IMG/VR virus record: IMGVR_UViG_3300025018_000011
Coordinates: 1-59,648 of that record
Strand: one strand, 5' to 3'
DNA: 59,648 nucleotides
Source: a virus
Taxonomy: Duplodnaviria > Caudoviricetes
Shown piece by piece: positions 50,335-59,648 of this stretch; within the stretch, counting starts at the first letter, position 1; the number at the start of each line of letters is the position of its first letter. The notes under the pieces were generated by a model, which saw only the letters and a program-made list of their open reading frames with translations, had not been told where the DNA came from and did not search any database. Both the position numbers and the translations under genes were made by a program.

Positions 50335-50905
50335 AATCTTTTAGTTTAAAAAATAATTCTCTTAATTCAACGAACACTTGAAAGTATTCATTTGGTACTT
50401 CTATCACCTTTAGTTTTCATTTACCTGCATATACAAGTAATCAATCTAATCCATTTAAATATTTGTATCACATAAGTTGAACAAAGTATTTAACTGAATG
50501 CATCTGTGTATTTTTATAATCAATATTCATATCTTTATTTAGTCTACCAACGTTTCATATAATATCTATGCTACCTTGTATCCCATCTTTAATAAACCTT
50601 TCTTCAAAGTGAATAGGGGTTATGTCATATAAGACATGAAACTTCATTATTTGTGGTGATACTTCATATGAACTTCAGTTTCTTTTAAAAAAATCTTCAG
50701 CATCTTTATGTACTATTTTACCATTATCACAAGCTTTTTCTACTTCTTGTGGATAAGCACGTTTAACATATTCAAATCATGGATCTTCTATTAATTTAAG
50801 AATAGTAGTAACTGATGGTATCCCATCTCAGTATCTATCCCATTCAAAATCTATTTTATCTTTCAATGTAAAGTTATGCTGTAAGCAAAAATCCTTTAAG
50901 TTCAT
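50306..50905 (-). CDS. PD-(D/E)xK (Cas4-like) exonuclease, 199 aa
   Basis: PSVTTIL, GKIVH, GSIDII, IDYKN, VQLMGY. Confidence 0.85.
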
Positions 50906-50914
50906 ATAAGTATA

Positions 50915-51214
50915 TTAGTCAATAATTATTAGTTCTGGATAATCGTAAAAACTCTCATCTTCTTTATATCATCATTCTGGTATTTCAGATAATGATATCA
51001 AATTAAAGTATATTCAGTTTTGTTTATATTCAATGTTATATTCTACTCATATAGAAATATTAGGTTGAGCTTCATTAGCTTTATAGAATTTAGAAATAAA
51101 TTTTCAATCCTCTAATTCTAGATGTAACATTTTAAAAGGTCATGCAGCATTAGATAATAATGTTCAATCCTTTTTCTTATCAGTAAATATTATTTGTTTT
51201 ATTTTTGTAATCAT
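50915..51214 (-). CDS. Hypothetical, possibly OB-fold protein, 99 aa
   Basis: Beta-rich with acidic tail, in recombination module. Confidence 0.55.
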
Positions 51215-51255
51215 TTGTTTATGTTATAAATAAAAAGGGGACTAATCCCCTTATG

Positions 51256-52344
51256 TTAAAATGGTACTTGATTTATTGTAACTTCATTACGAACTGCTTG
51301 AGTTTTAGGATTCTCAAATACTTCAGTAACATCAGTTTCTTGTATAGCTTCATCTATCATTCATTTAACTTCTTGATTAGTTTCAAATTGAAAATTAACT
51401 ATAGCATTAGTTCATTCTACTCTAACTGGTATTGGTGATTTCATTCATCCAAATCTTTCAATGAAGTATGCATCTCTAACTTCTTTAATGTATTGAACAT
51501 CATCTAAGTTATTTTTTCTCATTCATGTTAATCAATCAAATTTAAACTCAGCTATATTAAAATCTTTACCACTATAATTTTTAGTAACTAGATTTAAACT
51601 TAAGTCTAATTGATCTGGTGATACACTTTTTAATGTTTTACCTGTAGCATTATTCCAAGCTTTAACTCATTCAATATTAATTGAATGCATCAATGTACCA
51701 GATTCTGGAACAACTTGTTCTCAAGCTTTATAAGTAACTCCTAATGATGAGTTTTTTACATACATCATAAAGTAGTCTCAATCATATTGGCCTCAATTAA
51801 ATTGTCAGAATATAAGTGTTTGATCTTTTATCTCAGTAGATTTATATTTAGTATTATCAGCTTTCTTCCTCCATGTAAAGAATGGATTAATATTCCCATT
51901 GATATTAGGTGAAGTTAACATTGTAAATAAATCTTCTCTAGTAAAGAATTGGGGTTTGCTACTCATATTTTTAAATCATATTACATCAGTCTTTCTACTA
52001 TATTGTGAGTATTCATTAGTGTAAAAGAATTGAGTTACTTGTTCTCATTTCTCATTTGTTAATGTATCTCATAATTCATTTAGTAAAGTAACTTTACCAC
52101 TCATTACTTTAGCAACAGCTAGTAATCAGAATTTAAATGGTTCTATCATTTTATCTTCTAAAGTATGAGCTTCTTTTAACCTAAATAATCACGCCTTAGA
52201 CATGTCCATAATATCTCACTTAGAGTAATCTGGATTGTATATAGATACTTTATGTAATCAATCATAGACACTTGGTGTTCTTCAAGCAACTTGAGAACCT
52301 CTTTCCAACATTGATTCATCCATTTTCGCAATAGCGTTTTCCAT
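51256..52344 (-). CDS. Putative ssDNA-binding/annealing protein, 362 aa
   Basis: Acidic tail ending VPF*; next to exonuclease; terminator at 51233-51252. Confidence 0.55.
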
Positions 52345-52418
52345 AATATATAATATTATTAAATAAATATTCTAGCTTATAGTTTATAGTCATAGCCTAG
52401 CAGTCTGGACTTTATAAA

Positions 52419-52589
52419 TTAATTATCTAATATTGCGACTACTACTGCAATAACTATAAATGCAGGTATTAATACTGTTAAATATCATAATATAGCATGT
52501 CCCCAAATTGCAATTCATTTCTTAAAAGAATTATTTGAATTAGTCCATTGCCCCTCTATTGCATCTAATCTTTGTTCTACTGTCTTCAT
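52419..52589 (-). CDS. Small membrane protein, 56 aa
   Basis: NSNNSFKKGIAIWGHAILG plus TM helix. Confidence 0.65.
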
Positions 52590-52677
52590 ATAAAGAAGTT
52601 ATGTTATAAAAAGGTGTGGTATAACACCACGGTATTTTACACACCTTTTATTAAATAAAATTATCTTGTAGTGGATC

Positions 52678-53205
52678 TTATTGATTAATAAGTAATCTAG
52701 TTTTTTCAACTAACTCAATAGCTTCTTCATATCAATGTGCAAATCAAGCATAGCTTCATACTCATCATTCAAGATATCATACCCATGCTACTTGTTCTTC
52801 AGATATAGTAGATCAATTCAATCATCACTTCTTTCATCTGAATTTCTTCATCTCTATATATAAAGTATACACTCATAATTTTCATTCTAGATATATTGTA
52901 TAATCTGGAAATCAAGAACTAACTCATATAGCTTTCTTTTTGTTCATCATTATAACTATATTCATAGTTCATGATTGCCCAGATTCATTTGCTGTATGTG
53001 TATGCTTAATTCATTTTCAGTCTAACCGATTATGAAATATTTTACATATTTCATATTCAGTTAACTTCTCATTTGTTTTATTTATCTGATCCCTAATAGA
53101 TTTAGGTGAAGCTTTTTCCTTTATCTTAACTCAAGCTGTTTTAAATAATTGGTCAGCTTTTTCTTTTCAGAACATTTCTACTGATTGTTTATATCCGTAT
53201 GCCAT
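52678..53205 (-). CDS. VRR-NUC family nuclease/resolvase, 175 aa
   Basis: HTANE..GVSSGFPDY..YIEMK..SEEQVAW; promoter-like TTGCAA-N15-TATAAT at 53233-53259. Confidence 0.85.
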
Positions 53206-53278
53206 ATTAAGTAATTAATAAGTAGTATTTTCATTATAAGTAAAAGAAATTAATTGCAAATAAAAAAGATAGGTTTTC

Positions 53279-53989
53279 CTATCTATCATATTTTAACCTA
53301 TCTGTTCTTCAGTAGAAATATAAATCTAATGCCTTTTTAAAATAAAATGATTTAACCTCATGTCATTTTTCTATATATTTAATTAGAAATTGTTTTCACA
53401 TTTTTTCAACCTTTCATAAATCTTTACAATAATTAGTAATTTTTAATGTATAATTATTTTCTGGTTTAAATGTTCTGAATGTATTCCAGATAGCTCACAT
53501 ATTAATTAATTGTCTTAATGCATCTTGTGAACATTTTATTACCTTAGATGTATAGCTATCTATTAGATATCAATTCTTCCATACTAAATGATGTCATGAT
53601 CATTTAGTTGATTTAATAAAGTCTTTTATCTCTTGCTTAGTTAGAACTCAATCAGAGAATGCATTTATTGTGTCTCTGTTGAACTTTATAATTCATAGCC
53701 CATAGCAAGTACCTTTTACTAATCAATCAACGTTACAGACCTTTATACTAAAGTTTAATCATAGCTTTTCTTCTATAGTTGTTTTTGTTTGATTATATAA
53801 CTTATCAAATCTACCTCATTCTTTAGATGACCATATTGATAATGCTTCCCATGACTTTAATGTATTTAATAAAAAGTTGTTTTCTACTTGAATGTAATAA
53901 TCAAGTAAAAATATATGTGCTTGTCAGTATGCTATGCATCATTGACTAGAATACTTGTCTAATAATTGATTATATAATCCTATTTTCAT
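53279..53989 (-). CDS. Papain-fold cysteine peptidase-like protein, 236 aa
   Basis: YNQ......QGCIAYG ... GHHLVW..YLIDSY (Q, C, H, D order). Confidence 0.55.
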
Positions 53990-54228
53990 AATTGATTTTT
54001 AAAGAATAATTTTCTTTTTATTGTTTTAATAACTCAAGGGTTATTATAGATATATTGTAAATTATATTTATTGTGTTGTTCTTGAAGTATTGACGATTCA
54101 ATTTCTGCTTCTAATCAATCATGTAAAGCATATATCCTTTTAACAAGATAGTAATGTTTAATATGGTAATAAGTAGAAGTTATAGCTAATGCTACAATTA
54201 AGTTCAATAATTCGGATGGAATAACCAT
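53980..54228 (-). CDS. Small protein with N-terminal TM, 82 aa
   Basis: LLNLIVALAITSTYY. Confidence 0.55.
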
Positions 54229-54304
54229 GTGATATAATTATCAAATAAAATAATGCACAAACATTAGAACTTATTTATTATAATCTAATGTTCTATTAAT
54301 TCAA

Positions 54305-54562
54305 TTATTTCTCTCTTACGATTAAATTAAGTAATCATAATTCACAGTCTTGAATATCAATCTTTGATTTTATTGCATATTCTTTATTTACAAATGCTCA
54401 TATTCTTTTTCATTTATGATATGTAGATATTGAAAAACTAGTAGGGAAATTTATTTCTCAAAACTTTTCCATTTGAGTTTGTTCGTTTGCTTTTATTCAA
54501 CAATCAGAACATACTTGTTTAATAGTAGTTTTTAAATTATTACTATCTAATATTTCATTCAT
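54305..54562 (-). CDS. Hypothetical protein, 85 aa
   Basis: VCSDCGIKAN..ISTYHKG. Confidence 0.55.
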
Positions 54563-54572
54563 AGTTCTTTTA

Positions 54573-54764
54573 TTATAAATTACCAATTCCACTATTTCAA
54601 CCCTCTTCATTTAAAGCTTGTTCTAATTCACTATTCTCAATTAATAATTCATCTATAAGATGTTGCATATTATTAATTATACTTCTAGCTTGCACACTTA
54701 ATTCAGCTGTTTCAATAGCTTTTTCTATCTGTGCTTGATGTAATAGTATTTTTAGTTTTAACAT
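54573..54764 (-). CDS. Coiled-coil hypothetical protein, 63 aa
   Basis: Open frame. Confidence 0.55.
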
Positions 54765-54769
54765 ATATA

Positions 54770-55018
54770 TTATTGTAATTGGTTATCTATAAATTTATTT
54801 ATTTCTATTTCAACTTCCATAATAGCTTTATTTAAAGTATCTCTTAAACTTGTTTTAAATAATTTATCTACATTTTCTATTTTTCATAGTGAAAAACTAA
54901 TCATATTTTCTACGCCAACTGTAATTTTTATAAGTCATTGTTTTTCTATTTCTTCTTTAGCATTTAATAGTTCTATATAATAAGAACTTAAATACATAAA
55001 TCTTTCTTTTTTATTCAT
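54770..55018 (-). CDS. Hypothetical protein, 82 aa
   Basis: Open frame. Confidence 0.6.
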
Positions 55019-55036
55019 ATTCTTTTATTTAGTTAA

Positions 55037-55468
55037 TTATTCTTCAATTATAAATCATAAAGATTCTAAAAATACAGGTACTTGTGTTTTAGTTAATTTT
55101 TGAGTTCATCACTTACCATAGAAAGTAGTTTTATATAGGTCTGCTCCATATAGTTTTGCTTCATATAGGTTTGCTTCACTTAGGTTTGCTCCACTTAGGT
55201 CTGCTCCTCTTAGGTTTGCTTCACTTAGGTCTGCTCCACTTAGGTTTGCTTTATATAGGTTTGCTCTATATAGGTTTGCTCCACTTAGGTCTGCTCCTCT
55301 TAGGTTTGCTTCATATAGGTTTGCTCCTCTTAGGTTTGCTTCACTTAGGTTTGCTCCACTTAGGTTTGCTTCCTCTAAAGCCTCTTTTATATTATAATAT
55401 TTATATGATGTAAAAATTACATTTCAAAATATAGATTTAATTTGAAATTTTATTTCTTTTGTTTTCAT
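55037..55468 (-). CDS. Pentapeptide-repeat protein, 143 aa
   Basis: ~16 A(N/D)Lxx units ([25 protein letters not shown]) after QIKSIFGNVIF. Confidence 0.92.
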
Positions 55469-55486
55469 ATTCTTGTATTTAGTTAA

Positions 55487-55645
55487 TTAAAATTCTTTAT
55501 ATATCATAGTAATATAAACTTTACCTTTTTTAGTTATTTCATCTATAATCTCATCTATAGTTTTAGTATAACAAAAATCAGTATATTTAAATATTCGTCA
55601 TTCTACAATAATTTCATAACTAATGATGTATTTAATTTTTTCCAT
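55487..55645 (-). CDS. Hypothetical protein, 52 aa
   Basis: Open frame with shared AAGAATATG leader. Confidence 0.55.
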
Positions 55646-55651
55646 ATTCTT

Positions 55652-55861
55652 TTATTGAGTTAATAATATATAAAGTGTTTCTATGATAAGTATTAAATAT
55701 AAAAATATAAAATGTGATTTTGTATTTTCTTTAATATTTTCTGCAAACTCTTTTTTCAGAACCTCGTATTTACTATAATAAATACTATAAAAATTTTCCC
55801 TATCTTCTTCTTGTTCTTTTATTCTTTCATATTCTTTTAAGTCCATTGTTATTGTTTTCAT
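55652..55861 (-). CDS. Hypothetical protein with C-terminal TM, 69 aa
   Basis: Track ORF on the coding strand. Confidence 0.65.
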   Translation of the reverse strand: MKTITMDLKEYERIKEQEEDRENFYSIYYSKYEVLKKEFAENIKENTKSHFIFLYLILIIETLYILLTQ

Positions 55862-56045
55862 AGTTCTAAGTTATAAATATTAATTTATCTAATTAAGTTA
55901 TATAAGCTTAATATATTTAAATTATATATACTCATTACAATTATAAATTTAATTATATTTCACTCTGATATTATTCAGATTGTAGCTCACATAACAATGC
56001 ACATTGTGTACGATATTATTGTTTCTGGTGAAATATTTTATTTTA

Positions 56046-56237
56046 TTAAATATTAATCTTATATTTTTTATAAATCAATTCATTTAATAATAAATGAACT
56101 TTATCTAATGTATCGTGTTTTATAGCTTCTAACTCTTGTTCAGATACTTCTACTATAAAAGATACTCTTTCTAGTTTAACATTTCAATAAAGGCATTTTA
56201 ATGTATTCATTTCTCTATATATAGTTATCTCGTTCAT
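56046..56237 (-). CDS. Hypothetical protein, 63 aa
   Basis: Open frame. Confidence 0.5.
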
Positions 56238-56240
56238 AGC

Positions 56241-56519
56241 TTATTTTATTATATCTCTAAGATCAGATAAGAATTGTGCATCAATCTTTTTAGTTTCTTC
56301 TACGAAATCTCTAAGTTCAATTGATTCTTGCTTATTAGCTTTTATTCTTTTTAACATTGATAATATAGCTTTTTCTAATGTTGCAGGAAATGTTTGATTA
56401 CATATATATTCTTTACCTATCGTATCTTCTTTTGCTTTTTCTCCCTTGATCCCAATTTCTGATAATACATAACAGTATACATCCTGTTCTATTATAAAGT
56501 TTTTATATATTATTTTCAT
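56241..56519 (-). CDS. Hypothetical phage protein (DUF5405-like), 92 aa
   Basis: Track ORF; promoter-like TTGCAA-N15-TATAAT at 56549-56575. Confidence 0.65.
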   Translation of the reverse strand: MKIIYKNFIIEQDVYCYVLSEIGIKGEKAKEDTIGKEYICNQTFPATLEKAILSMLKRIKANKQESIELRDFVEETKKIDAQFLSDLRDIIK

Positions 56520-56590
56520 ATCTTTTTGTTATGCTTATAAGTAAATTCATTATATTAATAAATTTTTAATTGCAAATATTTTTACATAAT

Positions 56591-56624
56591 AAAAAAGAAT
56601 ACATCTTGTAGGTGTATTCTTTTT
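56591..56624 (-). terminator. Intrinsic terminator
   Basis: aaaaagaatacatc-ttgta-ggtgtattcttttt. Confidence 0.7.
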
Positions 56625-56787
56625 ATCTCATTATAGAATAATTAAAATCATTTAATAATGCATCAATTTGAAATTGAGTATTATATCTTAATGCAGGGAT
56701 TTCATTTTCTCTTCATTGTTGTTTCAGTTCCTTTTCTTTTTCTTTTTCCTTTTCAACTAATTCAAGAGATTGTCTTAGTAGTGTCAT
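56623..56787 (-). CDS. Small hypothetical protein, 54 aa
   Basis: Open frame with EK run. Confidence 0.45.
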
Positions 56788-56912
56788 AATTCTTCACATA
56801 TATTATAAATTCTAGTTGAAAATTTATCAATAAGTTTATCTTGTGTAGTATCATACTCACAAGCTAGAAAATCAATTGTATTTATTGCATGTTGTTCTAT
56901 TTCGTTTATCAT
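56775..56912 (-). CDS. Small hypothetical protein, 45 aa
   Basis: Open frame. Confidence 0.45.
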
Positions 56913-56915
56913 GAT

Positions 56916-57107
56916 CTAATTGTTAAGATATAACTCTCAATCAGTTAATAATTGGCATCTCACACGTTGTTTAATATCATCGACTACACTTATATCAAAC
57001 TTACTTTCAAGATAGCTTAAAGCTAAAGTTTCATCATTTAAAAAGTCTTCTTGTAATCCATTAATATCAAGTTCTCAAAATGAATTTTTTGATCAATGTT
57101 CTTTCAT
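56916..57107 (-). CDS. Small hypothetical protein, 63 aa
   Basis: Open frame. Confidence 0.5.
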
Positions 57108-57109
57108 AA

Positions 57110-57811
57110 TTATTTTGAATTAATAACTAAATCATCCTTTAATTTTAAACCTAGTTTATTTTGTAGTGTCTCCATTAATAAACTAATCTCTGCCATTTTA
57201 TTATGTATAATAGAAGTTTTATCTCATTCTTCTTTTCTAAACATTACATCTGCAACCTCTTTTACAAAAGCTTTAAATTCATTAGTACCAAAATTATTAT
57301 ATAACCATTTTCATAAATCTCAAATATTCGTTGTATATCATTTAAAGTTAATTAAATATTCTTGACTATATGTAGATAATCATAATGTTATTTTCTCATG
57401 AATAAAATCTTCTCTTCATGCTATATGATTATTTAATAATATATCCTTTAAGAAGTTTAATTTTTTTCTTGATGTTAACCACATCTCACTTTTAAATAAT
57501 CTAACTGCTTGTTCATCAGTTAATGTAGTGTTATTTAAATTCTCTCTAAGAAACTGGAAGTTATCTTTAGATATATCATTATGATTCTTTATCTCGTTTA
57601 AAATACTTGATAGAACCATATCATCATTATCTGAATGTTTTTCAAATACTTCAACTAATTTATCATATCTTTTATTGTTTCATCTTATAATTGGTATTAA
57701 TACAATTGTAGTTAAAAATATAAATATGAATAATAATATTAATGTTGTAAAAAAATCTGGATTAGATATCGCTTTGTCCACTAATGAATAATCTATATGT
57801 TGTCCTGTCAT
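57110..57811 (-). CDS. Single-TM membrane protein with soluble domain (holin candidate), 233 aa
   Basis: FFTTLILLFIFIFLTTIVLIPII then a helical domain; follows tail genes on the circular map; promoter-like TTGACT-N17-TAAAAT at 57897-57925. Confidence 0.5.
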
Positions 57812-58041
57812 GAATTATATTTATTACTGATTCTAAATTTTTTGATCTCCTTTTTGTTAAACGGTAAATCTCTTTTAAAATTCTTCGCTCATCAGTATTT
57901 TACTCATAAATAAAAGATTAGTCAAATTCCTTTATTATGTAAACTTATGTTATGTAAAAAGAACCGATCACATTCTTTTCTAGTTATTTCATATGGATAT
58001 TTATTACTATACATGAAGTCATGAATCAAGTATGCAATTAA

Positions 58042-58117
58042 AAAAGGATATAAGAACGGATGAGAAAGTACCCAGAGTAATCTGGGTATACTTCATCCAT
58101 TGCTTATAAATCCTTTT
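58042..58117 (-). terminator. Long bulged hairpin with U-tract; terminator or structured RNA
   Basis: aaaaggat..ggatga..tacccaga-gtaa-tctgggta..tcatcc..atcctttt. Confidence 0.55.
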
Positions 58118-58274
58118 GGTATTGTTATTAATTGTCATCTATAATAAAATTCAAATTCATTTAATAAAACAATATAATTGTTTGTTAGAAATTTTAATTT
58201 CATACTTAATCTATTACTAAATATTGTGCTTCAATAGTTTCTCACATAAATTCTCAAGCTTCACTAATTATATT

Positions 58275-58886
58275 TTATATTTTTCAAAATAAAGATTGTT
58301 CTATTGTCCATCATCTAGATAATCTTGAATATACATTTTGTGTTAATCATAATTTTTCAATCCAATATGAAATTGGTTTTCCTTTATAATTAACATTATT
58401 TTTTTTATTTCTACATTGTTCTTTTTGTGTTGTCCACCTACAATTAGTTTTACAATAATTTCAGTTATTATCTATTCTATCTATTGTTAAGTGTTCTTTA
58501 TATCACTCTTTCATATCCTCATAAAATCATTCAAAAGTTTCCCATTTTTTATCATAAGTAATTCATCTTCATCAATATCTATGGTAGTGTTGTTTATTTG
58601 GATTATTACATCTTTGTTTCATTAGAAACCATATATGATATATTTTAGAATTTGTTAGTCAATGTGTCTTGTTTTTCTTTCATCTTAAACATCAGCATCA
58701 TTTAGTATTTCAAATTCTTAAATCAGAAAGCCTATATTCTCAAACTTTTCAGCATTCACATAAACACTTAATATATCTTTTTGAAACAATATTTCATCAC
58801 TTAGTTTTAATTTTTCTTCATCATAAATCTTCTAAAACCTTAAGCAGTCAGTATTTATCTCACTTATTTACTTGTATGATCTTCAT
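58275..58886 (-). CDS. HNH homing endonuclease, 203 aa
   Basis: CLCECG..GCGC..THG..MKQRCNNP..YGGRGI..TIDRIDNNGNYCKTNCRW. Confidence 0.93.
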
Positions 58887-58928
58887 ATATTTTATTATGC
58901 TATAATATATATTATATTATATACATAT

Positions 58929-59348
58929 TTAAAATATTTCAAGGTATTCTGCTGGTATTATGTTTCAATCTAATCAAACATTCTGTTCATTTAGTAAAAA
59001 CTTTCACTCTGAAGTCTCAATCAAATCGCAATTAGAACGAATCCATTGTCTTGCTTCTTCTATTGTAGAGAAAGTATTTATATCGAAACTCGCACCTATC
59101 TTAACTACATTATTTAGAAATTCATTAACATCAATTCAGTTAGCTTCTAGCACTGCAAATCTTCTTAGATTTTTAATTCAAGGTATTACTTCTTTTGTAT
59201 ATCTGTCATCTGAAATAATACAGTCTTTAATACTTGTAATTCAAGCTGTTACATAATCTGAATATTGTTGGTCACAGAAATATGATAATGTATATCTACC
59301 TGCTCATTGGTTTAAATATGTAGGTCTATATGTTAAAAATTCTTTCAT
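58929..59348 (-). CDS. Hypothetical protein (possible tail-fibre chaperone), 139 aa
   Basis: Open frame directly after the LamG fibre gene. Confidence 0.65.
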
Positions 59349-59358
59349 AGTAAGTTAG

Positions 59359-59648
59359 TTATGAAGTAAATGTAGAATAGTAAAGTTGTTGTATTTCTGT
59401 TTGTGTAAGAGCTTTGTTATATATCATTGGATTTTCAATAATTCAATTAAAATAATCTATTCTTGTTCAAGGTGTATATTCATTAGTTCATATATTTGAC
59501 CTAACATTACTTGTATATACTGGAGCATTAGCCCAAGCTGTTGTTGCTTCTAATCTTCAATCAACATAAACTAATAAAGAAGTTCAATTCCATTGTCAAA
59601 CAACTAAATGATATTTTCAATCACATATATTAGTTACTCAGGTTACTG
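59359..59648 (-). CDS. 3' part of the LamG-domain tail protein (wraps through the origin)
   Basis: In frame with 1..1739 (1902 nt in total), ends ...YNKALTQTEIQQLYYSTFTS* (TAA). Confidence 0.75.

Noticed and set aside
55156-55413. Leucine-rich LHLGL repeat ORF
   Set aside because: Antisense of the pentapeptide-repeat gene
2004-59256. + strand ORFs in the supplied track
   Set aside because: Nearly all are antisense shadows of long minus-strand code-25 genes; the only convincing + genes are 34858..35151 and 35213..35776
59522-59648. 127-bp terminal repeat as a biological DTR
   Set aside because: Falls inside a coding gene and equals a common assembler k-mer length; indicates circular assembly only
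1-59648. Mass pseudogenisation, TGA=Trp (code 4) or selenocysteine
   Set aside because: TGA maps to invariant Gly in many motifs, Trp positions use TGG, and frames are otherwise intact

Overview
This is an apparently complete, very AT-rich (roughly a quarter G+C by eye) tailed-phage genome of 59,521 bp. It assembled as a circle: bases 1-127 repeat at 59522-59648. It reads TGA as glycine (genetic code 25, the code of Absconditabacteria/SR1 and Gracilibacteria), so the supplied ORF track is fragmented and most of its + strand ORFs are spurious. All coordinates below come from manual translation with TGA=Gly. Almost all genes lie on the minus strand. The modules are: tail fibres and podovirus-type tail and internal proteins (1-12.2 kb), capsid, scaffold, portal and terminase (12.3-19.0 kb), an 11.7-kb ORF (3,887 aa) carrying a crAss-like two-barrel RNA polymerase core with a GDFDGD motif, a primase-helicase and a lambda-O-like initiator with iterons, a + strand HU island, and a 1.2-kb non-coding control region. 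These are followed by many small early-type genes, a recombination module (Rad50-like, Pif1-like, Cas4-like, SSB-like, VRR-NUC) containing an HslV-like protease, and an HNH endonuclease. No DNA polymerase, integrase, tRNA, CRISPR array or reverse transcriptase was recognised. The best candidate new system is a probable virion-packaged giant RNAP in a code-25 phage, together with a thrice-repeated G-rich motif that sits directly after terminators (candidate cognate promoter) and a kissing-loop/attenuator RNA leader upstream of the replication initiator.
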